Below are positions 1 through 12,655 of a stretch of 64,000 bases of DNA, piece by piece (position 1 is the first letter of the stretch; each line of letters begins with the position of its first letter). The translations under genes were made by a program, and so were the position numbers. The stretch covers positions 13,764,001 through 13,828,000 of the forward strand of contig NC_043003.1 in assembly GCF_006345805.1 (NCBI RefSeq), written 5' to 3'. This DNA is from Octopus sinensis. Its lineage: Eukaryota. The notes beneath the pieces are model-generated. The model searched no databases. It was not told where the DNA came from and saw nothing but the letters and a program-made list of their open reading frames with translations.

Positions 1-964
1 CAGAAGCATTTTGAATTCAGATATGAAGGAAAGTGAATCATGTACAACATTCCTCTCTATGTTTCATTTAACTAGCTGCACTCAACTTTTCAATATTGAT
101 AAGTCCACAAAGCCGAGGAGATGGTATTTCTATTGGTGGGGGGGGAGGAGATAAAGTGGTAGGAAAGAGGAGAGAGTGAACGTGTAGTCAATTTGCATAA
201 TATTTACAGTTAACAAACAGAAATCACTTCAAAACTATTGATCAGAATGATAAAGAGATGCGTAAGGCTGTTCATTACGAAGTTATGCCAACAACAAATA
301 AATGCCAATCTCTGAAATTATTTGGAACTATTTAAATTTCTTCAGCAAAAAATTCAATTTAACCATGCCATGAAATCTATTTTAGCTTCGTACATTCTAT
401 TTCCCCAGCATAATTCAGAGTGAGTCACCACACAACTCTAAGCTTGGTTGGTTTATTAAAAGAGTAAATTTCTGAAAAGCAAGCCGTATTTCTTTCTATA
501 GAATTTAAAAAGGTTCCCCCATGCTAAATAGAGAGGGGTTTGGTTACTTGACTACACAGAAAAATAACCTGTATTATTACAGTCTTTTTGTCGGTATCTA
601 AACTGGAAAACAAATTAAACAAACATTGGTTTGTACTACTACATACTTGCAGAGGTTGTCATCGAGAAAGCAATATCCTTTACTACTAGGAAGAGAGAAG
701 AGAAAAGAAAAAAAGAAAAACAAAGAAAAAGAAAAAAATAGAGGTGTCTTTGAAGGCAGTGCTCCTACATGGCCTTGACTGTGATGGCTTAAGATAGACT
801 AAAGAACTAAGAACTTACTAATAACAATGGTGACTTTTTCAGAGGGAAAAAACGTTTCTCGAAAACACAATGGATGTATTAAATCTTTATTGTGAATATG
901 GAAAAAAGATATAATAGACAAGTTTCCTTTGGTTGGTTGGTTGGTTAATTAGCTACTTTTATAA

Positions 965-979
<15 letters not shown>

Positions 980-1009
<30 letters not shown>

Positions 1010-1053
1010 AATATATATATATATAATATACACACACATATATATATATATAT

Positions 1054-1084
<31 letters not shown>

Positions 1085-1130
1085 ATATATATATATATAT
1101 ACACACATATATATATATACATACATGCAT
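980..1130. repeat. (TA)n-rich microsatellite (representative of dozens in the window)
   Basis: Direct reading; explains the YIYI-type ORFs. Confidence 0.95.
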
Positions 1131-3091
1131 AGAGAAAGTGAGAGCCATACACCTATATATCTATATACACACCCAGGGCGTTGAATAGAAGTGAGGTGGT
1201 TACACTGGTTCAAACCTGTAATGCTGTAAATGACATGGCAGGTGAAGAAAGGAAAAAAAAAAAAAAACTGTATGTGTTGAGGTGGTGGTGGTGGTGGAGG
1301 CAGAATGTATCACAATTGTGGAAAAAACTAAAGAAAGACTATAATACAAGTAGTTGAAAAACAATGTGATTAAACACGGGGACTTCACATAGGAGATGCA
1401 ACAATATTGAAACAGGGAGTGGAGATTGCTGAATTTGTTGAGTAACGAATCTAAGATTGCATTTCAAAAACGGTTGGTACAAGACCTAGGATCAAAGACA
1501 TTCTAGCGATATAGTTCTGTATTTCTGAGATGAAGAATTTTTATATTATGTATTTAGTCAGAGAAGTCTCCTCTCCTTATCTTGGTTGTTGCTTTCTCAC
1601 TACATTATGGCTGTGTATGTTCTAACCTTCTTCAGGTGTCTTATTATTCACCCTGCCTAGGATTGAACTCAAAATCTCTAGGTGACTCCACTGCATCAAC
1701 CAGTGCCTTTATCCACTGTGCTATGCATGTAGGCAAGACACTATGGTAATCACAGCCTGAAGAAGGCTGGACAGTACATAGGCAAAACCAAGTGAAAAGC
1801 AACAATTGAGATGAGAACCTCACTGCGACTAAGACACAACATTCTAGCAATGACTATTGCAGTCTAAATTGACTAATGTGTCCTTTCTTTTTTTAATGAT
1901 AATGTGTGAACTGATAGAGATTTGACTGCTATTTCCAGCAGGCCAAGTAAATTTGGTTGGTTCATAACAGTTGGAAGAAAATAATATGAGTGTGTATCGT
2001 AGTACATGTAATCAAATCAAAATTTATCACAGAATTTGTTGTATCTCGGGAGGGTCGGGACAGGTTATTGATGAGGTTATGAATGGGTGACGAAAGGACT
2101 TTGACAAACCTAGCTGATCAACTCACGGACTAAACGATTAATCAAACAATCAATTAGTTAATTGGTTAAACATAACAAGTTGACTAATAATAATAATAAT
2201 AATAATGATGATTGATTGATGATGATTGATTGGTGGTGGTGATGATGGTGATGATGATGATGATGATGAATAACAACAACAGAAGTGAAATAGAACCAGA
2301 GCAACTTTCTTGAGATACAACAAAATACATTTCAACACACAAGTTCACGTCAAGAATCTTGCAAATAAAACACAAAAATGAGATTGTAAGTGACCGTTTC
2401 CTAAGAAAGGTAATCTACCTGGAAACTAAAATGCAATTTAAGGAGTATTGTCAATTGACTTAAAGTAATAATAGGTAAGAACTATGAGTGCTCTGCTTGG
2501 TTTATCACTAAAACTCCGGTTTGAACTGCAACCGAATGTGTGTAATGTTGTGACAGCTATTCAGAAGTGGCTGTAAGTTGTTTTTCCTTGAGCAGGTAGA
2601 TAAAGATTGAAGGGAAAATGGAATGGTAAACTGTTTGGCATCACATGATAAAAGCATTTAATTTAGACAGAGAATATAGTTATACAGAGTCTCTTACAGA
2701 TGTTTCTAGAATATTTAAGCATGTGGATCATCATGTTGAGTAAGGATTCCATAGGCTGAGTACACAATCATCAGAGAGGTATAAAAGCAAAGGAAAGTTT
2801 CAAATTGGTGTATTCCAGTTTGCTGAGAAAACCAGAAAAGGCCTCGACACAACCTTCACCAGCACTGGGTGGTAAACCTAACACACTACTTGATCAAACA
2901 TTGTCATCATCTGGTCCTGATCTTTAGAGGTCTTTAGCAAAGTCCACGCTGATGCAAGTTTTTACATCATAACCCTATTCTCAGTATTCCTATATTTCAC
3001 CAGCAGATATCTGGGCTGGTGGACATCAGCTGTACCAGTCTAAAAGGGCCAGCAAAAATCATGGATATCGCATAGTGACTTACATACTTAA

Positions 3092-3290
3092 CCCTTTAGT
3101 TACCATATTTCTGTTGAGATGCTCAGTGTTTCTTTCTATTAATTTTAAATATAACAAAGAATTTAGTAAAATAACTTAGTTATCATTAACCTAGTGTTAG
3201 GAACATAAATTGTGACTAAGGTTTGGTGGAAGATTTTAATTCAAAACTTATGAAAACAAGCTGGTTTCAGCTGGGTTGGTAACGAAAGGG
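3092..3290. mobile_element. piggyBac-like MITE family P1
   Basis: TIR CCCTTT.GTTACC / GGTAACGAAAGGG with TTAA on both sides. Confidence 0.8.
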
Positions 3291-4192
3291 TTAAGGGACT
3301 TTGTCAGTCAAAATTGACTATGCATCTGCATATTATGTAGGGGACCCGGACAAAATTTTGTTGAAGAAGATTGGTAGCTGCCCATGCATACAGATCTTAC
3401 CTTTCTTCATAACACTGATGTTTATTTAAAGAAAAGTCGGTCACTGATTACAATTTAGTTTCAATGTTGTTGCACCTTTTACTTGCAGAATGCAGAAAGC
3501 TGGATCAAATACCACAAGACATCTATCCAGATCCTCTAACAGATCCAATGCCCAAGGTTGGTACTAAAAAGGTGAAAAGGCAAAGTCGACCTCAGTGAGA
3601 TTTGAACTTGGAGCACATGGAGCCATTCAATCCAGTGCTCTAATGACTTTTCCAATTTACAACTTATTTTACGACTTACTACAAAAATCAAAAAAGATAT
3701 AACAAAAAGTATATAACATGTTAATAGCACAAACACGCAGTTAAGATTATTATATTATCAAAAAAGAGCAAGCAATATTCTCAACAGAAACAACATCTGT
3801 TATATTGTTTATGTCTTTGGAATATAAAATTATTGCCACTTTTAAATACACACAAAAAAACCACACATGCACACACGCACATAAGAAACAGTCAGTACCC
3901 TCTGTCAAGGAGAGTACTGACTGCTTCATTGGGAAGCACATCCAGCCAAAGAAGCCATGCCAAACCTGATACTGAAGAATGGCATAGTCCTGTTGAATCA
4001 TCCAACCCATACCAGCTTGGAAAATAAATGCTAAACAATGGTGATGATCACACACACACAGATATGTATGTATGTATATATGTATGCATGTATGTTTATA
4101 TATATATTGATAGAAATGGTAAGACAGCAAAAAAATGAAAGAGACCTCGATATTATGTAAACAGAGGAATTTATCTATAAATATAATATGTG

Positions 4193-4376
4193 ACAATTAT
4201 TCGGCAGCCATGATAAAACACTGAGTTTTGTATGTCGGGGTGGAAACCCACACCGCCATCTCTTCAGTTAATCTATACCATTTTTTCTGATGACTGGATA
4301 ACTGAAGAGACAGCAGCGTGGGTTTCCGCCCCGACATCTGAAACTCGGCATTTTATCATGACTACCGAATAATTGT
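4193..4376. mobile_element. Palindromic element made of two inverted, decayed hammerhead units
   Basis: About 78-bp inverted arms. Right arm (+): GATAA-CTGAAGA(4302-08)...GAAAC(4340-44)-TCGGC-ATT-TTATC. The left arm carries the same unit on the minus strand. Confidence 0.65.
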
Positions 4377-4396
4377 AACATATTATATTTACAGAT

Positions 4397-4428
<32 letters not shown>

Positions 4429-4659
4429 AAGTGGATGTTAAACGATGATGATGATATATATTATTTTTTTTTTCAGAAGTAAATCCAGTAGAATATGCAT
4501 CACTACTGATGTTGACATCAGGTAGCCAATGACTGTAAGACATGTTTAACACAACATACAAGGTTTATACCAGAATATAATTATAATTTTAACTATATAT
4601 CTTCTGTAATAATAATAAGAATGAGCTTACTTATGAATGTCCACTGTGTGTATGTATAT

Positions 4660-5062
4660 CATCATCATCATCGTTTAACGTCCGCTTTCCATGCTAGCAT
4701 GGGTTGGACGATTTGACTGAGGTCTGGTGAACCAGATGGCTGCACCAGGCTCCAATCTGATCTGGCAGAGTTTCTACAGCTGGATGCCCTTCCTAATACC
4801 ACCCAGTCCGAGATTGTAGTGGCTGCTTTTACGTGCCACCGGCACGGGGGCCAGTCAGGCGGTACTGGCAACGACCTCGCTCGAATGTTTTTACACATGC
4901 CACCAGCACAGGTGCCAGTAAGGTGACACTGGTAATGATCATGCTCAAATGGTGCCTTTTACGTGTCACTGGCATGGAAGCCAGTTAGCCGTTCTGGCAA
5001 CAATCACGCTCAGATGGTGCTCTTAGCACCCTACTAGCACGGGGCACAAGTCCCAGTAAGGC
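4660..5062 (-). mobile_element. SINE-like family C (tandem ~55-bp 5' units, (GAT)n tail)
   Basis: Reverse complement of ...GGTGGCACGTAAAAAGCACC units plus GGAAGGGCATCCAGCTGTAGAAAC...GGACGTTAAACGATGATG. Confidence 0.8.
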
Positions 5063-5063
5063 G

Positions 5064-5100
<37 letters not shown>

Positions 5101-5103
5101 AAG

Positions 5104-5186
5104 GTCTAATATTGGGACACATAAGCCCGCAATGGAAAAAATAGGTATTAGCGTGCACCAAGAACTTATATGCCCCAATATTAGAC
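5104..5186. mobile_element. Short MITE-like inverted repeat
   Basis: GTCTAATATTGGGACACATAAG ... CTTATATGCCCCAATATTAGAC (about 22-bp imperfect TIR). Confidence 0.55.
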
Positions 5187-5999
5187 TATTCTCTATAACC
5201 ACTATATGGTGAACACATACAAACAACTTTATATTATTATTTACAGAATTTCAACTCATCCTCATCTCTTCATTTAACACAAGATACACACACACACACA
5301 CAGATATATATATAAGCACTGACATGATATGTGGGTATGGAAACAATATACATATTTAATGGACATACAGTCTAAGTGTGGAAAGACAAACCGATTAGAT
5401 GTAAGAACCAAAGGTAGTTGAAAGCAAAGAATTTACTAATATACGTCTCGTATTTGTTAATAATTTATCTAGAGTCGCTCCCCTCATTCCTGAGCTACAG
5501 AAGTTTAGACGAAAATATTTTCTTAAATAAAAACGTAAACAAACTATTAGCAATGTAAAGTCGTTTACATGGTGCAAGGTGAATGTCCGGGAATTCATTA
5601 ACAAAGACATCAACAAAGCATTGTTTGAATATATATCTATGTGGAAATCGCGTATGATATATTTAATAAACATATTTTTCGTCAAGCTGTGAAAATATAA
5701 CAGCAGAATCTATGGATATCTGAGAATGAGAAACTGGAGAATTTGTGTTTCATAACTACTACTACTACCCATCTGAGTTGTTTATCTTGCTTCTTAAATT
5801 AAACTTATTATATCAAATGCCATACAGCATAAATTCTTGATTTATTAAAATTATCTCTGTCTCCAGTGGACATATAATTACCAAAGAGTAATTAAAACAA
5901 GTTCTATGTGAGAAGCGGGGAATAATCTCAAAAATTAAACAATTCTCCTAAGTAGACAGGACATTAAGAAAGGTTTACTGTTTGGAGATAAGAGGACAC

Positions 6000-6042
6000 T
6001 TGTAGACACATATTTCTGCCTTGATAGGCCTCATCAGCATGG
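6000..6042 (-). ncRNA. Degenerate hammerhead motif
   Basis: CTGATGA-GGCC-TATCAA-GGCA-GAAAT-ATGT-GTC-TACAA; 10.1/11.1 mismatch and weak stem I, consistent with CpG decay. Confidence 0.45.
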
Positions 6043-6174
6043 TAATTGCCAAGTCCTGTCTCCAGTAGTCAAGGGATTTATACAAAGAGTGGAACATATT
6101 TACGGCCAAGATAATCTACAGAATTTAAACAAAATAAGCTAAGAAAAATCTATGTGTATAGATTATAGATATAT

Positions 6175-6339
6175 AGGGTGCTCAAAAATTACCCAAACTC
6201 CCAAACACCCAGCCTCCACCCCCAATGAAAAATGCATCATCTTGTTGGAAAATAGCTGATGGTTGAAAGTGATGCAACTGCTGCACAACAAATTGTTTTC
6301 CGAATTTTTCAGATTGTAAGGGTAATTTATGGACACCCA
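6175..6339. mobile_element. Tc1/mariner deletion derivative with a transposase remnant
   Basis: TIR GGGTG...AAATTACCC at both ends; the minus strand encodes IFQQDDA (second catalytic Asp motif FQQDxA). Confidence 0.55.
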
Positions 6340-6713
6340 CATATATAGACACACTCACTCACTCACACATACATACATACACCTAATGGACCCAGAGCAA
6401 TTCTCTAGTTGGCCAACTGTCAAACAAGCCAACCCATGCCAGCATGGAAAACAGACATTAAATGATGATGATGATGTTATATAAATTTAAGAAATAATTG
6501 AGATTCATTTGAATTAGGTACTTAAGTTGAAGCACCAAGTCAGTCTGGTATTATCCGCACAGCTCGAAGTAAGGCGATATTATACATTTATATATAATAC
6601 ACACAATTATACATATATATTTTACATACCCATACATACATACACATAAATATATATCAACATGATTGGATTTAATAACATATATACATGTTTGTATGTG
6701 TGTGTATACATAC

Positions 6714-7138
6714 GGCGCAGGAGTGGCCGTGTGGTAAGTAGCTTGCTAACAAACCACATGGTTCCGGGTTCAGTCCCACTGCGTGGCATCTTGGGCAAGT
6801 GTCTTCTGCTATAGCCCCGGGCCGACCAATGCCTTGTGAGTGGATTTGGTAGATGGAAACTGAAAGAAGCCCGTCGTATATATGTATATATATATGTATA
6901 TGTGTGTGTGTATGTGTGTTTGTGTGTCTGTGTTTGTCCCCCTAGCATTGCTTGACAACCGATGCTGGTGTGTTTACGTCCCTGTCACTTAGCGGTTCGG
7001 CAAAAGAGACCGATAGAATAAGCACTGGGCTTACAAAGAATAAGTTCAGGGGTCGATTTGCTCGACTAAAGGCGGTGCTCCAGCATGGCCGCTGTCAAAA
7101 TTACTGAAACAAGTAAAAGAGTTAAAGAGTAAAAGAGT
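6714..7138 (+). mobile_element. SINE family A (tRNA-like head, internal TA/TG microsatellite, AAAGAGT tail), full length
   Basis: GGCGCAGGAGTGGCYGTGTGGTAAG...GGTTCAGTCCC...GACTGAAACAAGTAAAAGAG; more than 15 copies in the window. Confidence 0.85.
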
Positions 7139-7139
7139 A

Positions 7140-7549
7140 TACACATATACATACACGCATATATTCGTACAGCACATATACATATGTGTATACATTCGCA
7201 CAACACATATACATACATGTATACATTCGAACAACACATATACATACATGTATACATTTGCACAACATATATAAACACATGTATACATTCATACAACATA
7301 TACATATGCATGTATACATTTGTACAACAAACATACGTACATGTATACATTCGTACAACATACATACGTATATGCATACATTCATACAACATATATATGT
7401 ACATGCAAACATTTGTACAACATATATACATTCAAACAACATATATACACACATGTATACATTCATATATACATACATGTATATACTCATACAACATACA
7501 TACATGTATACATTTGCACAACATATACATAAATGTATACATTAGTACA

Positions 7550-7597
<48 letters not shown>

Positions 7598-7700
7598 ACA
7601 TTCATACAACATATATACATATACATACACCCATACATTTGCACAACATATATACATGCATGTATACATTCATACATACACATATACATCCTTGCATTCA
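7140..7700 (+). repeat. Minisatellite, ~32-34-bp unit CATATATACATACATGTATACATTYGTACAA
   Basis: Visible tandem units. Confidence 0.8.
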
Positions 7701-7914
7701 TGCACACAGTGTGTGTGTGAAATTAAACAGGTTATGGATTTTTTTTTTACACAATGGAGTTATTTGGAAGTCTATCCATAGATCAGAAACTTAAATTAGT
7801 CTTCCATTATAGACTGAGAGTAGCTGATACCTTGTGAGTCACATTTGATAGACAGAAACTGCAGAATTTTAGCTCACACACACACGTGTTTGTGAGTGTG
7901 TCTATATATATATA

Positions 7915-8215
7915 TGTTTATGAATGCATAAATGTACAAATGTATACATGGATGTATGTATGTACGAATGCATACATGGATGTATATATGTTGTACAAAT
8001 GCATACATGGATGTATATTTGTTGTACAAATGTATACATGGATGTATATTTGTTGTACAAATGTATACATGGATGTATATTTGTTGTACAAATGTATACA
8101 TGGATGTATATATGTTGTATGAATATATAACATCTATGTATATTGTTGTGTGAATATATATATATATGTACATATGTTGTACAAATGTATATATGTATGT
8201 ATTATATGTAAATAT
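7915..8215 (-). repeat. Related ~32-bp minisatellite in opposite orientation
   Basis: Unit TTGTACAAATGTATACATGGATGTATAT. Confidence 0.8.
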
Positions 8216-8317
8216 GTATGTATGTATATATATATATATATATAATCAAAATAAGCAACAAGGATATCCAAGGTAGAGTAGTACAATTGTTTCATGCTAT
8301 TTCATTTTACTAAACAC

Positions 8318-8355
<38 letters not shown>

Positions 8356-8546
8356 GTATCTATGCATGAACGTCCCAGTCTATGTCTATCTTGGTAACTT
8401 TTATGTTTCACAATGCTTCAGCAAAGAGAAATCATCAATAATAGAAAATATCTACTTGGTTCAATATAATTGATTAGATCCTTTAAGGTGTGCTCCAGCA
8501 TGGCACAGCATTTCAACAAATGAAACCAGTGAAGGAAATGATGATG

Positions 8547-8586
<40 letters not shown>

Positions 8587-8645
8587 ACACATACACAGGG
8601 GTAGGAGGACAGAGAGACAAGTGTATGGTATAATTTCAATAGCTG

Positions 8646-8685
<40 letters not shown>

Positions 8686-8821
8686 GGAGTAAGCACATAA
8701 ATGTGAAACAAGGTGGGAAAAAGAGTACTCAAATACCAAAGGTAGAGTAATATGCTTTATTTAAAAGCAGCAGAAATATAACAAAAGCTGTTACTCGGAG
8801 TTTCACGTTCCCGTTCGTTGA
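8686..8821 (-). mobile_element. Penelope-like mini-element in (TA)n with a 5'-truncated hammerhead
   Basis: Unique 135 bp between TA tracts; minus strand TCAACGA-ACG-GGAA-CGT-GAAAC-TCCGA-GTA-ACAG at 8821-8788. Confidence 0.5.
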
Positions 8822-9177
8822 TATACACATATATATATATATTGATCAACATGTTGTTCTAGTCCTATGCTACGTTGACAAAAATACACAGTATAACACA
8901 GTCATCTCTACATTGAGAATGGTTTATAGTAGTATTTTACAAACACATGCACAGGGAAGGAGAGAGAGAGCAAGAGAGGGAATGAAGTTTATATTCCATT
9001 GTAATTTTCTTTATTCATGCCAAAACGGTTTCCTTGAATTTTCTCAAAGGGAGTTGATAGAGGGGAGAATACATGTGAGCTTGCTTCATTGTCCCAAAAT
9101 GACATCATTAGCACAGCTTTGGGTTAATTTAAGCAGTTTTTCACAATTAGGCAACACCAAATTGAAATAGCAAGAGC

Positions 9178-9221
<44 letters not shown>

Positions 9222-9753
9222 AAGAGAGAGAGAGAGAGCAATAAGAAAATGGAGGGGATCAATAGGTGGTTCATCAACTTTTAGACATTATATTATGTCA
9301 ATTTATTTATTTATTTACTAAAATGACAATTACAACAATATACATACATGTCTAACATATTATGCTTTACATATATAATAAAGATACCAGTAATTATTAA
9401 AATATACAAGGTGCCCATAATTACCTAAACTGGGTCACCTCTTCCAATACATGTACATACACACACACACACACACACATAAATACATACATGCTTATAC
9501 ACAAATCCATATATACACACATACATACATGCTTATTTACAAATGCATATATATACACACACATACATACATACACACATGCTTATACGCGAATGCATAT
9601 ATACACATACATTACACTCACACACACCATTAACATCTGATTGCTGATAGACTTTGCTTCATAAAAAGTGAATTAATTGGATGTTTATTGTTTAACCCTA
9701 GGTTAGCCATGAGTGAGCAAAACTTACGATCACATCATTTGTGTGTGTGTATA

Positions 9754-9964
9754 CAGGGTGCGGCAGAAATACTTCCCACATTTGAAAGGTTGACAAAAGG
9801 AAACATAAACAACATTAATGAAAAATTAATTTTACTGTTGTTTAAACAAAGGGTTAGAGTTTTTGTTCGTTAGCTAAATGAAAACATCATTGGCACTTGC
9901 ACAAGTTCATTAGCAACACGTAGGTGAAAGTTTAAAACGTGGGAGGTATCTCTGCCACACCCTG
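9754..9964. mobile_element. Tc1/mariner-type MITE
   Basis: About 26-bp TIR CAGGGTG(C/T)GGCAGA.ATAC.TCCCAC with TA TSD. Confidence 0.85.
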
Positions 9965-10005
9965 TACTATATATAGACTAAAGATTTGCATATGTTTTAT
10001 AAATA

Positions 10006-10170
10006 GGCGCAGGAGTGGCTGTGTGGTAAGTAGCTTGCTAACCAACCACATAGTCCCGGGTTCAGTCCCACTGTGTGGCACCTTGGGCAAGTGTCTTCTG
10101 CTATAGCCCCGGGCCGACCAATGCCTTGTGAGTGGATTTGGTAGACGGAAACTGAAAGAAGCCTGTCGTA

Positions 10171-10235
<65 letters not shown>

Positions 10236-10447
10236 TTGTGTGTCTGTGTTTGTCCACCTAGCATTGCTTGACAACCGATGCTGGTGTGTTTATGTCCCCG
10301 TCACTTAGCGGTTCAGCAAAAGAGCCGATAGAATAAGTACTGGGCTTACAAAGAATAAGTCCTGGGGTCGATTTGCTCGACTAAAGGCGGTGCTCCAGCA
10401 TGGCCGCAGTCAAATATGACTGAAACAAGTAAAAGAGTAAAAGAGAG
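10006..10447 (+). mobile_element. SINE family A, full length
   Basis: Highly similar to 6714-7138. Confidence 0.85.
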
Positions 10448-11583
10448 CGTGTTCCAATTTGAAAGAATGCTTGCTGCTACTTTTAGCAGGTCAAGTAACT
10501 GGCTCTCTCATGATTGTGACAATAACGAAATCAATAAACAAAATATACAGAGTAAATTATCTGTTTTAGTTTCTTTAATAACCACCACCATCACCACCAC
10601 CACCACTGCATTAGGCTCCTTGGGTACTTTTCTGTATCAAGCACCTGGTACCCTTATTTATGTCTTATTGACACTTTTTCTCTCCTACCCACCCCACTTG
10701 AACAACAGCCACATCAACCTCAGTCTGCAAAGCCATGGACATTTGTCACCATCTTACTTGGCCAAAACACTGCTTACGTTACACCAGTTGCCAGCCCTTC
10801 GGTGTAGTCCACCTCAGCCCTATTTCTTCAATATCTTCTGAAATATTTTATATTGTGTGCTGTCACTTAAACATTGCTCAACTTCACCTTAATGTAATTA
10901 ACGTTCGAAATATCCTGCTTTGTTTCCCAGCGATAATCCATAGGCGATACTTTAGGTCAGGTTAAACCTGATAGTATCTACAGCATCCAGACGAAGCCAG
11001 TTCGTGTTATTTGCACTGAATCAATATACTCTACTCTCAATCACTCAGTAAGCTATCCGAATGCATGCATTGGTCTGATATCAAGCAGAGAGGACCAGGT
11101 GGGTGATGGCTACAATAACAATAACAAGACAACAGACAGCATCTGTCTGAAGTGTTCCACTCAGCTGTCCTCATTGTGACACTAGATTTTGCCTGCTAAA
11201 TAAAAGATCAGGGCTAATAAACTGTAGGCAGTTTTCCTTTGTTCAAATAAAGTACATGTCTAAATCAATGGTCAGTACTGCTGTTACTATTATCAACATT
11301 GTATTGACGGAGAATAATAAACTGCCAACATTATTTGCATAGATGTATGCTAATTATGTTGGTAGAAATTAGTCTATGCCTTCTACAAACACAACACTTC
11401 AAAAGTAAGCATGTTTTTTTTTTTTACAAGCTGATAAAGAAAATAAAAAAAGTGAGCTAAGCAGTAACTTTCAACGTTTGTGTATGTATGAAATTCAAAG
11501 ATAAGTTGCGACAAAAATGTGAATATGTTAATTGCTGTTGTGTTTTGCCTTTAGAGAAAAACTGCTTTCAGAAAGGAGACTAT

Positions 11584-11626
11584 GAGACACTGCTGTTTCG
11601 ACTTGGTTGTATCTCTTCAGTGAAAG
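11584..11626 (-). ncRNA. Degenerate hammerhead-like motif
   Basis: CTGAAGA-GAT-ACAACCAA-GTC-GAAAC-AGCA-GT-G; G at the cleavage position and poor stem I. Confidence 0.3.
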
Positions 11627-11650
11627 TTTCCCTCAGATTAATGTATTTAA

Positions 11651-11871
11651 TCCTTCAGCATTTAACCCGGCCATATCTGGCCCAAATATTCTACCAGTTT
11701 TATGTCAAAACTGACCAGATCCAACTTCTCACACCTAAACTACAATGTCATTGTAAAAGTATACGAACACACCATTGAACTCTTGAAGCCACAAAATAAT
11801 ATGTGATTAATTCAAAACAATGTGAATAACTAAGCAATAGAGTTGACAAAGAAATCCAAATGCTCAAAGGG
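11651..11871. mobile_element. piggyBac-like MITE family P2
   Basis: TTAA-flanked, (C/T)CCTT.AGCATTT ... AAATGCT.AAAGGG; other copies at 15231-15449, 16950-17433, 39330-39507 and 55107-55570. Confidence 0.75.
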
Positions 11872-12084
11872 TTAAAAAAGAGGGGTTGTTCTTGTTCAGA
11901 GAATTCACTAAACAAAATATTTACAGAAGTATGCTGATGTCTGCCAAGTAGATAATTAATTAAAATGTAGAACAACAAATAATTAAAATGATGTACATAT
12001 TCATTTTTAATCCATTTTGGCAGCTCAGAACATGAACGTTGTACTTCACCTCTGGAGAACGCATTTTCTTTTCAGGGTGATACA

Positions 12085-12310
12085 TCTATTCCTTTCTACT
12101 ATAGGCACAAGACATGAAATTTTGAAGGGGACGGGGATAGTTCATTAAATTAAAACCCCAGAGCTTAACTGGTACTTGTTTTATCACCCCTGAAAGGATG
12201 AAAGGCAAAGCCAACCTCGGCGGGATTTGAACTCAGAACGTAAAGATGGATAAAATGCTGATAAGCATTTCTTCCTGCATGCTAACAGTTCTGCCAGCTC
12301 ATCGCCTTAC
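12085..12310 (-). mobile_element. SINE family B (CORE-like central GAGGTCGACTTTGCCTTTCATCC)
   Basis: Reverse complement GGATGAAAGGCAAAG.C.ACCTCGGCGG.ATTTGAACTCAGAACG; many copies in the window. Confidence 0.8.
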
Positions 12311-12321
12311 GGATGATATAT

Positions 12322-12344
<23 letters not shown>

Positions 12345-12352
<8 letters not shown>

Positions 12353-12655
12353 AAATTTTTTAAAAAACTATCATTCGATATATTATACAATATTCATATT
12401 TTATATCTCTGAAGAGCAGAAGGGTTGTCTATAAATGCTTATCAATATAGGATTTCATTATAGGGACAATTCTTCTGCGAAACGATCGTAAGATGCTTAA
12501 ATAATTAATTCAAAATTTTTAAATTATCAAATTTATTTTATACATTATATTTATACATATTTTTAATACAATAATGTCTTTCACATGGGTATATCGTTAT
12601 GATGAGTTTGGATATTGATTTTATTTATTAATAATAATATATTATTAAAAAATAT
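12345..12655 (+). mobile_element. Non-autonomous Penelope-like element hosting the 12405 hammerhead
   Basis: About 310 bp of very AT-rich non-coding sequence flanked by (TA)n on both sides and containing the ribozyme. Confidence 0.55.
12405..12494 (+). ncRNA. Type I hammerhead ribozyme with extended stem II (Penelope-like element type)
   Basis: Stem I ATCT(12405-08)/AGAT(12491-94); core CTGAAGA 12409-15; stem II GCAGAAGGGTTGTC/GACAATTCTTCTGC (14 bp including 2 GU, extendable); GAAAC 12479-83; palindromic stem III AC-GATC-GT; cleavage triplet GTA 12488-90. Confidence 0.8.
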
